IMG/VR virus record: IMGVR_UViG_3300021963_000080
Span: 22,562-86,561 of that record
Direction: 5' to 3' (one strand)
Length of the DNA: 64,000 nt
From: a virus
Shown: in pieces, positions 39,301-48,091 of the stretch
Numbering within the stretch: position 1 is the first letter of the stretch
Layout of the letters: every line of letters starts with the position of its first letter
The notes under the pieces: model-generated
What the model was told of the DNA's origin: nothing
Databases searched by the model: none
What the model saw: only the letters and a program-made list of their open reading frames with translations
Program-made: the position numbers and the translations under genes

Positions 39301-39860
39301 ATGCTAAGATCCTTAACTTCACGGATGGAGAGGCATTTGAGGATAAAGACTGGACATTGATGGATCAAGTGACATCTGGTGCCATATACAGTGATTCATT
39401 GAATGAGGAAGACTATAGAGAATATGAGTACACATTCCCTAAAACTCCTCCATCAACATTATTGTCTGGGGTCGTTACAACATACTCGAACACTACTATT
39501 ACAGGCGTAGATACTACATTCTCTACAACAGTTGTTGCTGGGGATTTGGTCAAGATTGTTAAATCCAACACATTAACAGACTATGATTTGTTCCCTGTTG
39601 TATCTGTAGCGAATAATACGTCACTACAAGTAACATCTAACACATCGTTTACTGGGACTGGTAACACGATTGAGCTTGTAACCCAGAAGAAGGCTGCGTT
39701 CAAATATACACGTAACAATTATATTACTCGCTACCACGATTCAAACAATGCTGCATTTGATACATACAAATACATGGCAGTAAAGATTGTATTGTTATCT
39801 CCATACAATTACTTGGTGCCAACATTGAATGATGTTCGAGTGTTAGCGGTATCAGTATAA
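33363..39860 (+). CDS. Giant virion structural protein (DUF4815/VrlC-like)
   Basis: PYFDDY..KNYHRVLFKP..AVQARELTQLQ, APGADR, RTFEESGNY, RFKNGFFVD, DPLSQTF. Confidence 0.85.
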   Translation: MPLDKQTTTLAQTPYFDDYDETKNYHRVLFKPSVAVQARELTQLQTILQNQIERFGDNIFRTGTIIKGCSLTTDDQYYYVKLFDTQINGNSYTLSALTNTYVTESSSNLTAVSVNYKTGGQQTDPDLNTLYIKYLNTGTGGQKAFSNGATLTIYNRNYRVETIAINSGGTLYSNSDTIAFSGGGGAGAVAGVTTYANGTLKSIEITDNGSGYTTSPTVTVTTSTGSGANLTSFNYLAQIAVANSLYTAPTGRGYAVKTSEGVIYQKGHFIRVGSHEEVVSKYNTSPNNVVIGFHTTEAVVNSNSDQTLLDNANNSTNYTAPGADRLKLTANLVVLSTANAASNNDFLALYEFENGRIIKDRTTTQFNSINKELSKRTFEESGNYVVDPIPMYTESISGNTTHLNLVIGAGLAYVEGNRVQIYNNTKIPLRKSTNTITNDAQTISTNYGGYVYVKELLGNFDIKLGTTVTLRSTAGTDLSDNAGGSPTTPGTQIGTAQVRSLVFDAGTPGTPDCQYRLYIYDVKMSSGFSFKDVRSIAVAGVGVADVVLNADNLAVINDIQYDSLIFNTGTFGVQTLTNETFISRSQTNAAFAVGGTLSTSFSGGNTLPYSAGSTLNSVQERDFIVIPQTTLVSSTNKTGTVATTSGANTVTGTSTLFTSEYSVGQFIKVGTQDPLRIVKISSNTSIQVANNFAASLSANVHTIAYPANVPIDFQNQAGKSIAIDGTQTTLTLNLGHGLTGTGTVSIYHDIQNESPAVKVKTVKSPVFVKLSTAATTTSTTGPWCLGIPDAYEVTGVYVGSANTYSNTTTNYVNEFFLDSGQNDNYYGLSYLKKRPGSTLAIANTNCLLVSLKAFTHGVGKYISTESYASAIDDATEPLPSNKIRTQDVPVYTSPKTGKAYDLRDVIDFRPICSNTANVNATAVAGATIDPSTTITFASAEKYFPSPTREFTASVNSYLARQDRVVIDTYGGITVTEGIPANNPSGPSEPKGTMTIGMVNVAPYPSLSAKDAADSSRTDLGVYINPMQNKRYTMKDISDIERRINRLEYYALLNTLEQNTKQLVLPGEANSSIERFKNGFFVDPLTDYNVSNLNDAEYSVIIDTNKGVARPNFSDVKIDLVYDSANSTNTTKTGDIVTLSFTEKNLVQQPIANKIRTLVDQFWKYKANVSLYPPYDNYYDITRKGVSITVDIATPLNALARATSSALSQLNVSTNLDSVANVGNAIFVGMNGTNRVFEQDVLKTFTDTKVKINPGQELITQQNLGDYVTDFTLRPYIREQRIYFFTAGLRPGATHYVFFDNVNVSSYVTPASITVFTNVTENSFTVTGAKGAALVAGDNGQLAGYIDLPGGTFFVGERNVVIMDVDATASETSATSKAVGSFVAYAYGVNKTNLSLSTKTIDVTYDNSFGVANYTNTYVVSDKVRFERPDPLSQTFRVQRQLADTDGVFITGIDVFFRAKDATQGVTLELRETNNGVPSHIIVPFSRTRLSPANVSVSETASNATSFTFASPVYLKTETDYAIVIYPDANSPEYTIWTAETGVKDVANTSLISNQNWGLGTMFYSTSGTAWTPVQDEDLKFTVKRALFNNLSGTAKVHNGDYEFLTLANTEGYFTGGETVAQLSNTYLSGTFTTNVANVVVGTSSSQAAALSVGDNVLFVYSNNAAIGTGNVNVTTVTVSNGGGQTTDFVTEYSAGDFIRIGSDIRQVVAVTNSTSITIDSALSTSASNSTHYRMDPVFDVSRVTAANSSTITINKVPKLTSNASIIVNGQKVVRGVVSAYDYGNTKIYISSSTSANDTFKIQTSNSAYRGTIVGDTSQALGVVSTVDNIKANIFRPLINTLQIPGTTVSLVGTLTTNAGSTDTKSYFLTASSRLDLGDDAIIKSKSNEIVGSTITKSFTADLQMSGATTDISPLVDMNPSSVVLTRNLVNNDYTNETGRFGSATSKYVSKRIALADGLDAEDAKIFITAYKPSGTTIQVYAKILNFTDGEAFEDKDWTLMDQVTSGAIYSDSLNEEDYREYEYTFPKTPPSTLLSGVVTTYSNTTITGVDTTFSTTVVAGDLVKIVKSNTLTDYDLFPVVSVANNTSLQVTSNTSFTGTGNTIELVTQKKAAFKYTRNNYITRYHDSNNAAFDTYKYMAVKIVLLSPYNYLVPTLNDVRVLAVSV

Positions 39861-39868
39861 GGTGAGGG

Positions 39869-40087
39869 ATGCTTATCAAAACAAACGACGCCAGTTTTAT
39901 GCGCGATGAGGATACTACCGCGCTGATAAATACAAATAAGACAGCATATGATTTGTATAAACAGCAACGCAACACCATTGTAAGCAACCAAACATTAAAG
40001 GCTGAAGTTGATATGTTAAAACAAGACCTCAGCGATATTAAACAACTTTTAGGACAGATAGCACAAAATGTCGGTATCAATCGCTAA
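39869..40087 (+). CDS. Small coiled-coil protein
   Basis: RD..T.ALIN, EV..LK.DL.DIK.LL. Confidence 0.8.
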   Translation: MLIKTNDASFMRDEDTTALINTNKTAYDLYKQQRNTIVSNQTLKAEVDMLKQDLSDIKQLLGQIAQNVGINR

Positions 40088-41543
40088 CGTAAATTTATCT
40101 ACAGATACATTCCAAAACTGGTTGGATAAAACCAATCAAGTATTGGATAAGGTATCTACCGTCGTTGTCACTACCGCTGCTAATACTGCTGGCGGGTTGA
40201 CGGCTGGTAACGCAAGTGTTAATGGAATATTTTCTGCTAACGTAATTGCTGTGGGGGAAAGTCTACGTGGCGGTACTGTAACAACCGCAGCCAACCTTGC
40301 AATTACATCTAACGTTGTATTCTCAGGAGCAAACGTTGGTGGATCTGTTACAAACTTCAACTTATCGTCTTCTAACGTTGTTATTGATTCTGCTGTTACA
40401 ACAATTAGCGGTGGTACTCTTACTGTTACCTCAAATGCTAACTTCAAGAGCAATACAATCTTTATTAATACGGCAGGTCGTTTAGGGGTTAATACTGGAT
40501 CGCCTGACGCAACATTGTCTGTAGTTGGTACTGCAAACGTTTCTGGTAATGCTAAGTTTTCTGGTGTTGTTACTCTTGGCGCTAACGTCAACATCCAAGC
40601 AAATACAACTCTAACTCTATCGAGTGTTCCCAATAGCGGTTATTTGTTCTTTGGTAATACAAACTTACGCTACCTCGGATACGATGCTTCCCAATATGTG
40701 TTTGCTGTTGCAAACGTTGCTGTACAAGGCACGTTAATAGCAAACGCAATTACTGCAGCTGCAAACGTTACACTAGGAGCCGGGGTGGGCAGTGGGGTTT
40801 ATATTGTAGGGGACGTCACTGGCAATGCTAATACTTTATCAAGATCAGTAACTGCTGGTTCGTATATGTCTGGTGGTGGAACATTATCGACAAACATCAC
40901 ATTGAATGCTAATGCTTCAGCAGCTGCCACAGCAAGCGTTCTTGTAGCACGAGATGCTAATGGTAGTTTCTCTGCTAACGTTGTAACTGTCAACAACATT
41001 ACAATATCTTCTGGCACTCTAACATCAAACGTTAGTGGTACAATTACTCAATCTAATAATATCTTATTTGGCGGAACTGCATATCCTGGAGCCCTAACTT
41101 CTATTGGAAGTACGGTAGCATTAAGAGATAGTAGTGGAAATATTACTACCAACTTGTTTGTTGGTACAGCAACCGCAGCTCGATATGCTGACTTGGCTGA
41201 GATGTATTTGGCTGATCAAGATTATCCAGTAGGAACAGTTGTTAAAGTTGGCGGCTCAAAAGAAGTTACTGCATATACGGCTATTGACTACATTCGCGCT
41301 TTAGGTACAATATCTGATAAACCGGCTTATCTAATGAATAAAGACTTAGAAGGTGGCGTTCCAGTTGCATTAAAAGGTCGTGTGCCTGTTCGTGTGCTTG
41401 GATTAGTTAAAAAAGGCCAAGGATTAGCTGCAAGTGCTATTCCGGGCGTCGCAGCAATGAGTGCAATTAACTACTTTGCTATTGCACTAGAAGATTATGA
41501 AGACTTTACAAAAGAAGGGCTGATTGAGGCTGTAATTTTATGA
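40068..41543 (+). CDS. Tail-fibre-like structural protein
   Basis: TDTF..W..KTN N-terminus; C-terminal YADLAE.Y, VALKGRVPVRV domain. Confidence 0.8.
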   Translation: MSVSIANVNLSTDTFQNWLDKTNQVLDKVSTVVVTTAANTAGGLTAGNASVNGIFSANVIAVGESLRGGTVTTAANLAITSNVVFSGANVGGSVTNFNLSSSNVVIDSAVTTISGGTLTVTSNANFKSNTIFINTAGRLGVNTGSPDATLSVVGTANVSGNAKFSGVVTLGANVNIQANTTLTLSSVPNSGYLFFGNTNLRYLGYDASQYVFAVANVAVQGTLIANAITAAANVTLGAGVGSGVYIVGDVTGNANTLSRSVTAGSYMSGGGTLSTNITLNANASAAATASVLVARDANGSFSANVVTVNNITISSGTLTSNVSGTITQSNNILFGGTAYPGALTSIGSTVALRDSSGNITTNLFVGTATAARYADLAEMYLADQDYPVGTVVKVGGSKEVTAYTAIDYIRALGTISDKPAYLMNKDLEGGVPVALKGRVPVRVLGLVKKGQGLAASAIPGVAAMSAINYFAIALEDYEDFTKEGLIEAVIL

Positions 41544-41544
41544 T

Positions 41545-43596
41545 ATGAAAATACAATTTGTGAATTATTCCATGGCCGCAGAGGTTCTTGGAATTGATTA
41601 TGCTTGGTTAACTCTCAAATCGTACTTCGAAGAAAACAATAAACACAAGACTCAGTGGGAATGGTTAGATCCAATCACTGAGTCTTATGCTTTTCACGTA
41701 GACGATCTCGTTAATGAAATTATAGAACGTAAACCTGATGTTCTAGGATTCTCTCTTTACGTTTGGAACGTTGGACTATCTCTACAGATAGCAAAACAAG
41801 TAAAGAACAAACTCCCTAATTGCAAGATTATTGTAGGGGGTCCTCACATAACATACAAAGAAGATATTAATTACTTTAAAGTAAATAATTTTATCGATGC
41901 TGTATGTAAAGAAGATGGTTATGGTGAGGTATTCCTTACGGAGTACTTGTACCAACTCGAACAACCGACTCCTGATCTTACCCAAGTCCCATACTGCATA
42001 TATCCGCACAACGGAATGTGGAAAGAATCATTTGCAAGTTTCTACAAACGAGATTTTAAATGGCCTGTTCGAATTTACAAACACAACAAGGCCTACATCG
42101 ATCGTCGTATAGAAAAATCAATTAAAGAAAATAAAAAACTCTACGTAGCTTATGAGACGTCGCGAGGATGTCCATTTGGTTGCACTTATTGTGAGTGGGG
42201 TGGGGGGATCAATTCTAAGGTCACTTTCAAACCAACTGAGTTAATTATAGAAGATATAGATTTTATACTTGGTTATGTAAAGCCATTTTTCTTTTCATTT
42301 ACAGACGCCAATTTCGGAATTATTGACCGAGATGTTGACATTATTAAACATATATGTGCATGGAGAAAACGTGCTTCGGTTCCTAGTATTATGTACTTCT
42401 TTGGCCCGTCAAAAGTCAACAAACACAACGTATATGAGATTGAATCTCTGACAGCAGAATATGGAATGCTTTCCGACTACAAAGTCCCTGTACAAGATCT
42501 AAACAGAGATGTGTTGAAGAATATTGACAGAACAGATGAAGATTGGAAATTGCAATTAGAAAACTATATTAAGATTAGAGAAAAGCATGGTGGCAAAATC
42601 CGACTCGAGATGATTCTTGGCTTGCCAGGTGCTACTTTAGATAGTTACTACGAAGCCTTAGATTACTCGTGTACAATGGATACGTTTGGCAAGAGGTATG
42701 TTTGGCACTTGCTACCTACAACGCCAGCATCAAAAGCAGAGTATCGAGAAAAATTTAAAATACAAACTCTGAAAACAAGCTTTGGTATGAGAAGTACGAA
42801 CGATGGTACCTTTACAATTTTAAAAAAGCATTTTGTTGAAAATTTAAATGTTGCTCGAGATCTTGTAGTTGATCCGGAATGGATGTGTCCTACAGAAATT
42901 GTAATTGAGACGATGTCTTATTCTAAAGAAGAATGGCTGACAATGTTTTTAATGGACTATGTTGTTCACCAAGCAGAAGTTGGAGAGTTACTTTCTTCTA
43001 TTACAAAATACATGGCTAGTACCGGTATTCCTCATAGCGTATTTTATAGAAAGTTGTGGGATTCTTTTCTTTTTGCAGAAGGAAATGGCCTTACACCTAC
43101 TCAGAATATCTTGCTTCAATCTATGTGGCAGCAGGGTTTAGAAAAAATACAAAAAGACGAAGCTGTTGATTTTGAATACTTCGATGTTCCGGAAAACTTC
43201 CCATTCCAAGTTCGCTGCTTGGCTGGCCCATTGTTTAACATTATGCTGTATAGTAATATTAAAGCGTTTTATATTGCACTTGCTAGATGGTGTAACATGC
43301 AGTTTGGTGAAGATCCGATTCGGGATGATTTAATTGTATATACTTCTTCTATGATTAAAAATATAAACTACACCCCTAATCAATATACTTTTTCTACTGA
43401 ATATGATTGGTCAAAATACAGGACCAATGGCGTTTTTGTTAAACGACCAACAACATACCAACCAAACGACTTAGTGCTTTGGGGTGAAATGACAGATATA
43501 AATACACGAATAAAACAACATTTTTTATCTATTTGTTCGAATATGAATGGGACAAAACTTTTTGAAAAAATAAAAGTGTCATATCCAAAAAAATAG
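41545..43596 (+). CDS. B12-binding radical SAM protein (class B methyltransferase-like)
   Basis: N-terminal PDVLGFSLYVWN...IIVGGP cobalamin domain; ETSRGCPFGCTYC; DANFG; ILGLPG. Confidence 0.88.
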   Translation: MKIQFVNYSMAAEVLGIDYAWLTLKSYFEENNKHKTQWEWLDPITESYAFHVDDLVNEIIERKPDVLGFSLYVWNVGLSLQIAKQVKNKLPNCKIIVGGPHITYKEDINYFKVNNFIDAVCKEDGYGEVFLTEYLYQLEQPTPDLTQVPYCIYPHNGMWKESFASFYKRDFKWPVRIYKHNKAYIDRRIEKSIKENKKLYVAYETSRGCPFGCTYCEWGGGINSKVTFKPTELIIEDIDFILGYVKPFFFSFTDANFGIIDRDVDIIKHICAWRKRASVPSIMYFFGPSKVNKHNVYEIESLTAEYGMLSDYKVPVQDLNRDVLKNIDRTDEDWKLQLENYIKIREKHGGKIRLEMILGLPGATLDSYYEALDYSCTMDTFGKRYVWHLLPTTPASKAEYREKFKIQTLKTSFGMRSTNDGTFTILKKHFVENLNVARDLVVDPEWMCPTEIVIETMSYSKEEWLTMFLMDYVVHQAEVGELLSSITKYMASTGIPHSVFYRKLWDSFLFAEGNGLTPTQNILLQSMWQQGLEKIQKDEAVDFEYFDVPENFPFQVRCLAGPLFNIMLYSNIKAFYIALARWCNMQFGEDPIRDDLIVYTSSMIKNINYTPNQYTFSTEYDWSKYRTNGVFVKRPTTYQPNDLVLWGEMTDINTRIKQHFLSICSNMNGTKLFEKIKVSYPKK

Positions 43597-43619
43597 ATAA
43601 AATAATAAAAGGTAAAAAC

Positions 43620-44216
43620 ATGGTTATTTTATTATCTCATACATTAGAATCCCAAACAGCTTTCAATGTACAGCAAGTCGTTAATACTTCTGAGCAGAAT
43701 TCTTTTATCGAATCGCTTCATCAGCGCAGAGCTCTTTTTCAAGGCGATACTTCTCGTGAGATAAAAGATCGTTTAATAGACGTCGCCAGACAACATCCAG
43801 AAATATACGGACAAGGTGCAGGAGACCAATGGCAGCAAGGAAATTTTGCTACGACCATATTACAAGCAGCTGAAGATGGAACATTGCAATCAAAATTTAT
43901 CTTTTGTTTTGAAAAAATATTCGATCAATTATTTCCATATGTTATTCAACAACTTCCTGCAGATCAAAAGACGTTATTGGTATATCCTGCCGTGAGTTAC
44001 AAGCCCAAAGGCGTTGATCATTTTATTGGTTGGGCTGTCAATCCCCAAGATTTTGGAATAGAGCATATGGAAGAGCACGAGCGAATTGCAAAAGAAGCAG
44101 CGCTGCATTTATCTGAAGCTCATAATAGCTGGATGAGAGAAAATCAACAACAATATGATAAATTTTTTGATGGAGCTACTTCTCAAGAAGTAATTCAATA
44201 TATTAAGGGATTATGA
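43620..44216 (+). CDS. Hypothetical protein
   Basis: AAGG RBS; TATAAATA at 43497-43504 upstream. Confidence 0.75.
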   Translation: MVILLSHTLESQTAFNVQQVVNTSEQNSFIESLHQRRALFQGDTSREIKDRLIDVARQHPEIYGQGAGDQWQQGNFATTILQAAEDGTLQSKFIFCFEKIFDQLFPYVIQQLPADQKTLLVYPAVSYKPKGVDHFIGWAVNPQDFGIEHMEEHERIAKEAALHLSEAHNSWMRENQQQYDKFFDGATSQEVIQYIKGL

Positions 44217-45181
44217 AGCATTGGCTTTTTACACGTGCCCAAAGTAGACCTCCTGATTGGGAACGTATAGCGGATAGTGTGAATCTTACTCCGATTGTGG
44301 TAAAATCAGAAACGGAGGAAAGATATTATACCGTTCCTGTTAATAAAACACTTGTTCCTGAATCAAAACATCATTATATAAAACAATGGCATCACGGTCA
44401 AACGCTAATGCAGTTTGATAAAGATGTAACGTCTCTTGCTGTTGTAAAACATAAAGATGGTGCAACAATTACGCAATCATATATTCCGGAAGTATTGCGA
44501 GATGAGTATAATAGTAGAATAATAGATTTAGATTTTCTCGAGCGCACTTTAGATAAAAAAGGATGGTGTGCTTTGGGAATGTTAGTTGAAGGAGATGAAC
44601 CAGTCACCCAAACTGCTCTCTTACGAGACTCACGTTATATTGTTAGAGACGATCAATATAGATTGTTGTTTGCTGATACAAATGAACTGTGTGGATTGGA
44701 TAGTCCTGTTAAGTCCCTGTTGTTATTTGTCGCTTTTAAATTGGGAAGAACAAACGCTTACATCCTTGTTGTGAATCCTAATATTGTTAGTTTACATGGA
44801 GAACTTGGAAGCGTTAATGAGCAACGAAGTGTAGCAGCTTGTGCTAGTTTTTCTAATATTGTACCGTGGTTTGCTTTTGCTCCCAGACTAAACTGCAATC
44901 TTATTAATAATAATACTATTGTTGTAAATAGGGGAGAACTGGAGCTTGCTATTGGAGGGGCGTCCATAATACAATATACAACTCTCCGTGGTGTTGAGAA
45001 TTTAGATTTTACAGTAGAATGTTCATGGGAATATAATGTGGTTGATAACGTTATTAGAGTTAAAAGACAGCCCGGTGTTGGTTATATAAAAATTATAACC
45101 CCTTGTATTGATATGACAAAACAATATGTAACAGCAGAAGATAGAAAAATAACATTAGAATATATTCTTTTAGGAGTATGA
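44213..45181 (+). CDS. Hypothetical protein
   Basis: ATGA overlap; 322 aa. Confidence 0.75.
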   Translation: MKHWLFTRAQSRPPDWERIADSVNLTPIVVKSETEERYYTVPVNKTLVPESKHHYIKQWHHGQTLMQFDKDVTSLAVVKHKDGATITQSYIPEVLRDEYNSRIIDLDFLERTLDKKGWCALGMLVEGDEPVTQTALLRDSRYIVRDDQYRLLFADTNELCGLDSPVKSLLLFVAFKLGRTNAYILVVNPNIVSLHGELGSVNEQRSVAACASFSNIVPWFAFAPRLNCNLINNNTIVVNRGELELAIGGASIIQYTTLRGVENLDFTVECSWEYNVVDNVIRVKRQPGVGYIKIITPCIDMTKQYVTAEDRKITLEYILLGV

Positions 45182-45182
45182 A

Positions 45183-45377
45183 ATGACAGCAGATACAACA
45201 TCGACATTTACGTCAGGGACCGGCGCCCAAGGTACCAAGACAACCGTAGATACGATCACGGCTGCCCACTTCACCCAAATGTTGGATATTGTAGATTCGT
45301 TGGTCAGTCATGGCCATACATTCTATGATGATTATTCAACTAATTGTGAGTGTCAGTGTGGACGCGGTTCGCTATAG
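45183..45377 (+). CDS. 64-aa putative precursor/substrate peptide (HxH motif, C-terminal CxCxC)
   Basis: AGGAG RBS; ...SHGHTFYDDYSTNCECQCGRGSL*. Confidence 0.75.
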   Translation: MTADTTSTFTSGTGAQGTKTTVDTITAAHFTQMLDIVDSLVSHGHTFYDDYSTNCECQCGRGSL

Positions 45378-45393
45378 ATGAATCGATTATAAC

Positions 45394-47040
45394 ATGAGTC
45401 AAGTGAACGTAGTAAAAATATACAGAACATTAAATGATGCTCAAAAAGAACGTATTGCCAATCATGCTGCAACAGTAGTTCAGCTGGAAGATGGTACGTT
45501 GAAGACAACCGTCGATACAATTATTACCCCTGCCGGTTTAGAAAAACAAAATAAACTAATAACTATTGTTCCGTCGGAAGAGGAACAAGTAAAGAGTTTT
45601 GATCAAGCAAAGCATCTATTCAGTAATTTAATTCATATGAATTTGTTGCTGACAAATGCTTGTAACTTGAGCTGTAGCTATTGTTACGAACAGCATAAAA
45701 AAGATTATGGTAGATTCACGGTTGAATCTGTAAAGCAATCATACGACTGGCTCAGCAATATTAACAAACAGCCGTTAAAGATTCTCCAGTTCTTCGGAGG
45801 CGAGCCACTAATACACAAACCACTAATTCAAGACTTCATTAAGACGTATGATGAAGAGTTGAACGCTAATTGGAATAATTATATTGGTACAGGGATCTCT
45901 ATTTGTACGAATGGGTTGTTACTAGATGATGATTTTATTGATATGTACTTTAACAAAAAGTACACGTATATGTTGATTAGCCTCGATACAATGGATCTCA
46001 AAAAAGACTACAGAGAGATCACACAAAAGCAATTAGATACAATCCTTCACAATGTTGAACGTATCACTAAGATACCGAACGTCGGAGCAAGACTGACAAT
46101 CCGCTGTACATTATCTGAAGAGACTGCTGATAGTCTACACGAATTTATAGAATCAATTTACTCAAAGGGAGTTAAGCGTTTAATTATTCACCCTTTAGTT
46201 CTCGACTCAAAACGCGGGTATATTAAATGGAGTAAGGATAATTGGAGTATGATGCGCGAGGCAATACTCGGATGTTTAGACAAGTATCAAGACTTGACCG
46301 TGTTGTTTAGTGAGGGAGTAGGAGAGAAGCAAGATAACAACTGTATGGTTGGTTCTGATATGATTGCTATTGATGGTAGTGGAGACTTCTCAGGTTGTTA
46401 TTTCTTTACAAACCAAAAAGCTGCTGCTCACGAAACTATCCTCGGTAACATATTACAAGATAGAGTGTATGTAGACCGTTACATAAAGTTTCAGAAAATC
46501 TACAACGAGATGTTTGAAGTAGAAGAGCAATGCAAGGCTTGTGATTATCAAAGTATGTGTTACCAATGTCCGGCTGGTAATATTGATACTGGTCCACGTA
46601 TGTTCAGACCAGATGATATGTGTCAAGAGATTGTAAAGTTATATCTTGATCTACAAGCAGATGTCGCAAAGAAACAATTTCGTCGTTTGTTTGAAATTAG
46701 ACTCCAACAACTACAACTTGAAGGTGAGCAGCAAACAATAGCAGCTGGAGCTGACTATATGTTGGAGTACTTGAAGACTGGCCATAGAGTAATGTTCGAT
46801 CCTTCTAAAGATAAACAATATAAACCATATAAGCAAATTTTATTAGATATTTGGTCGCACATAAGTGGAGAATCGAACGATAGTGGTGAGATGGAAGCAG
46901 TTGAGTTGTATAGATCGTTAGCCAAAAGAACTGGTATGTTACCAAAAGTTGTTGATGGAGATACGCCTGAGATAAGAGTATTTTATTTGCAATTGATTTC
47001 CACTATGATATTTAATGAGAAGAACCATGGATTTAACTAA
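45394..47040 (+). CDS. Radical SAM/SPASM protein
   Basis: CNLSCSYC, FFGGEPL, TNG; SPASM C..G...IDGSG....C, CKAC.....C..C. Confidence 0.92.
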   Translation: MSQVNVVKIYRTLNDAQKERIANHAATVVQLEDGTLKTTVDTIITPAGLEKQNKLITIVPSEEEQVKSFDQAKHLFSNLIHMNLLLTNACNLSCSYCYEQHKKDYGRFTVESVKQSYDWLSNINKQPLKILQFFGGEPLIHKPLIQDFIKTYDEELNANWNNYIGTGISICTNGLLLDDDFIDMYFNKKYTYMLISLDTMDLKKDYREITQKQLDTILHNVERITKIPNVGARLTIRCTLSEETADSLHEFIESIYSKGVKRLIIHPLVLDSKRGYIKWSKDNWSMMREAILGCLDKYQDLTVLFSEGVGEKQDNNCMVGSDMIAIDGSGDFSGCYFFTNQKAAAHETILGNILQDRVYVDRYIKFQKIYNEMFEVEEQCKACDYQSMCYQCPAGNIDTGPRMFRPDDMCQEIVKLYLDLQADVAKKQFRRLFEIRLQQLQLEGEQQTIAAGADYMLEYLKTGHRVMFDPSKDKQYKPYKQILLDIWSHISGESNDSGEMEAVELYRSLAKRTGMLPKVVDGDTPEIRVFYLQLISTMIFNEKNHGFN

Positions 47041-48091
47041 CATTAAAAGTGTAGTAATCTATCTTGGCGATACGTGTAACTTTGATTGCGTGTATTGTGA
47101 TAGAGCATTCATAAGAGAAGATGTTGGTTCTCAGAATATGAAGAGTACAGCTGTTAATGATATTGTTGCTTTTATGGATGCAGTTGTTGAGAGCGAGCAT
47201 CCGCTTCAATATGTGAGCTTCCATGGCGGCGAGCCAATGCTATATGTTAAGAAGATGGATCACATACTTGACAAGATAGCTCCCCACTTGGAAAAGATTG
47301 GTTGTAAGTTCGCAATGACTACCAACGGTTCGTTGATTGCAGAGAATGCTTGGTTTTTTGAAAAGTGGGCCGGTAAATGTCAGATTACTTTCAGCTACGA
47401 TTTCAACTATCAAGATATTAATAGAGCCCCGGTTGATTTAGAAGCTGTTGCTAAGGTATTGCATGGCACTCGAACAAACTGCTTGTTCCAATTTGTTGTT
47501 CCCATCTCTACGCCCGGAGCATTAGACTTAGAAACTTCTACAGCAATAGTTAATGCTTGTAAACTCCTTCGTTGTAATGTTGTTAACTTGATTCCTCTTA
47601 GACATTATCGCGGTAAACAGAAGTTCAAAGTTCTACTAGATGATTTAAATCTCGATAGATTCATGTATGACTTTTCTAAGATGTTACATACTTTATATGT
47701 AAACGGTGTTGTATGTTATATTGACGGAAACTATACGGATATTGACAAACAATATTTGGACAACCATGGAAAGCTAATACTTGGACCGGACGGATATCTA
47801 TATCCTGAATTTGATTTCCTCGAATATAAGCGAGATGAATTTAGAGTCGGTAAATGGAGAAACGGAATTGAATTGTATAGACAAGGAAATGAAGAGTCTC
47901 TAATTAGACCGGGTTGCACTAATTGCATCTCTCGTCAGTATTGCGGTTTGAAGTATCTCTATAAAATGTTTGACGAAGAGCCAAAAGGAAACTGCGTTAA
48001 GTTTTATCAAACCATCAACGTGCTTGTTAAGCATATGAACAAATTAAACCAGAAACCTTCATTATTACATTGGGTAGGAATAGATGAGTGA
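47027..48091 (+). CDS. Radical SAM protein with partial SPASM
   Basis: CNFDCVYC, FHGGEP, TTNG; CTNC.....C near C-terminus. Confidence 0.9.
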   Translation: MDLTNIKSVVIYLGDTCNFDCVYCDRAFIREDVGSQNMKSTAVNDIVAFMDAVVESEHPLQYVSFHGGEPMLYVKKMDHILDKIAPHLEKIGCKFAMTTNGSLIAENAWFFEKWAGKCQITFSYDFNYQDINRAPVDLEAVAKVLHGTRTNCLFQFVVPISTPGALDLETSTAIVNACKLLRCNVVNLIPLRHYRGKQKFKVLLDDLNLDRFMYDFSKMLHTLYVNGVVCYIDGNYTDIDKQYLDNHGKLILGPDGYLYPEFDFLEYKRDEFRVGKWRNGIELYRQGNEESLIRPGCTNCISRQYCGLKYLYKMFDEEPKGNCVKFYQTINVLVKHMNKLNQKPSLLHWVGIDE

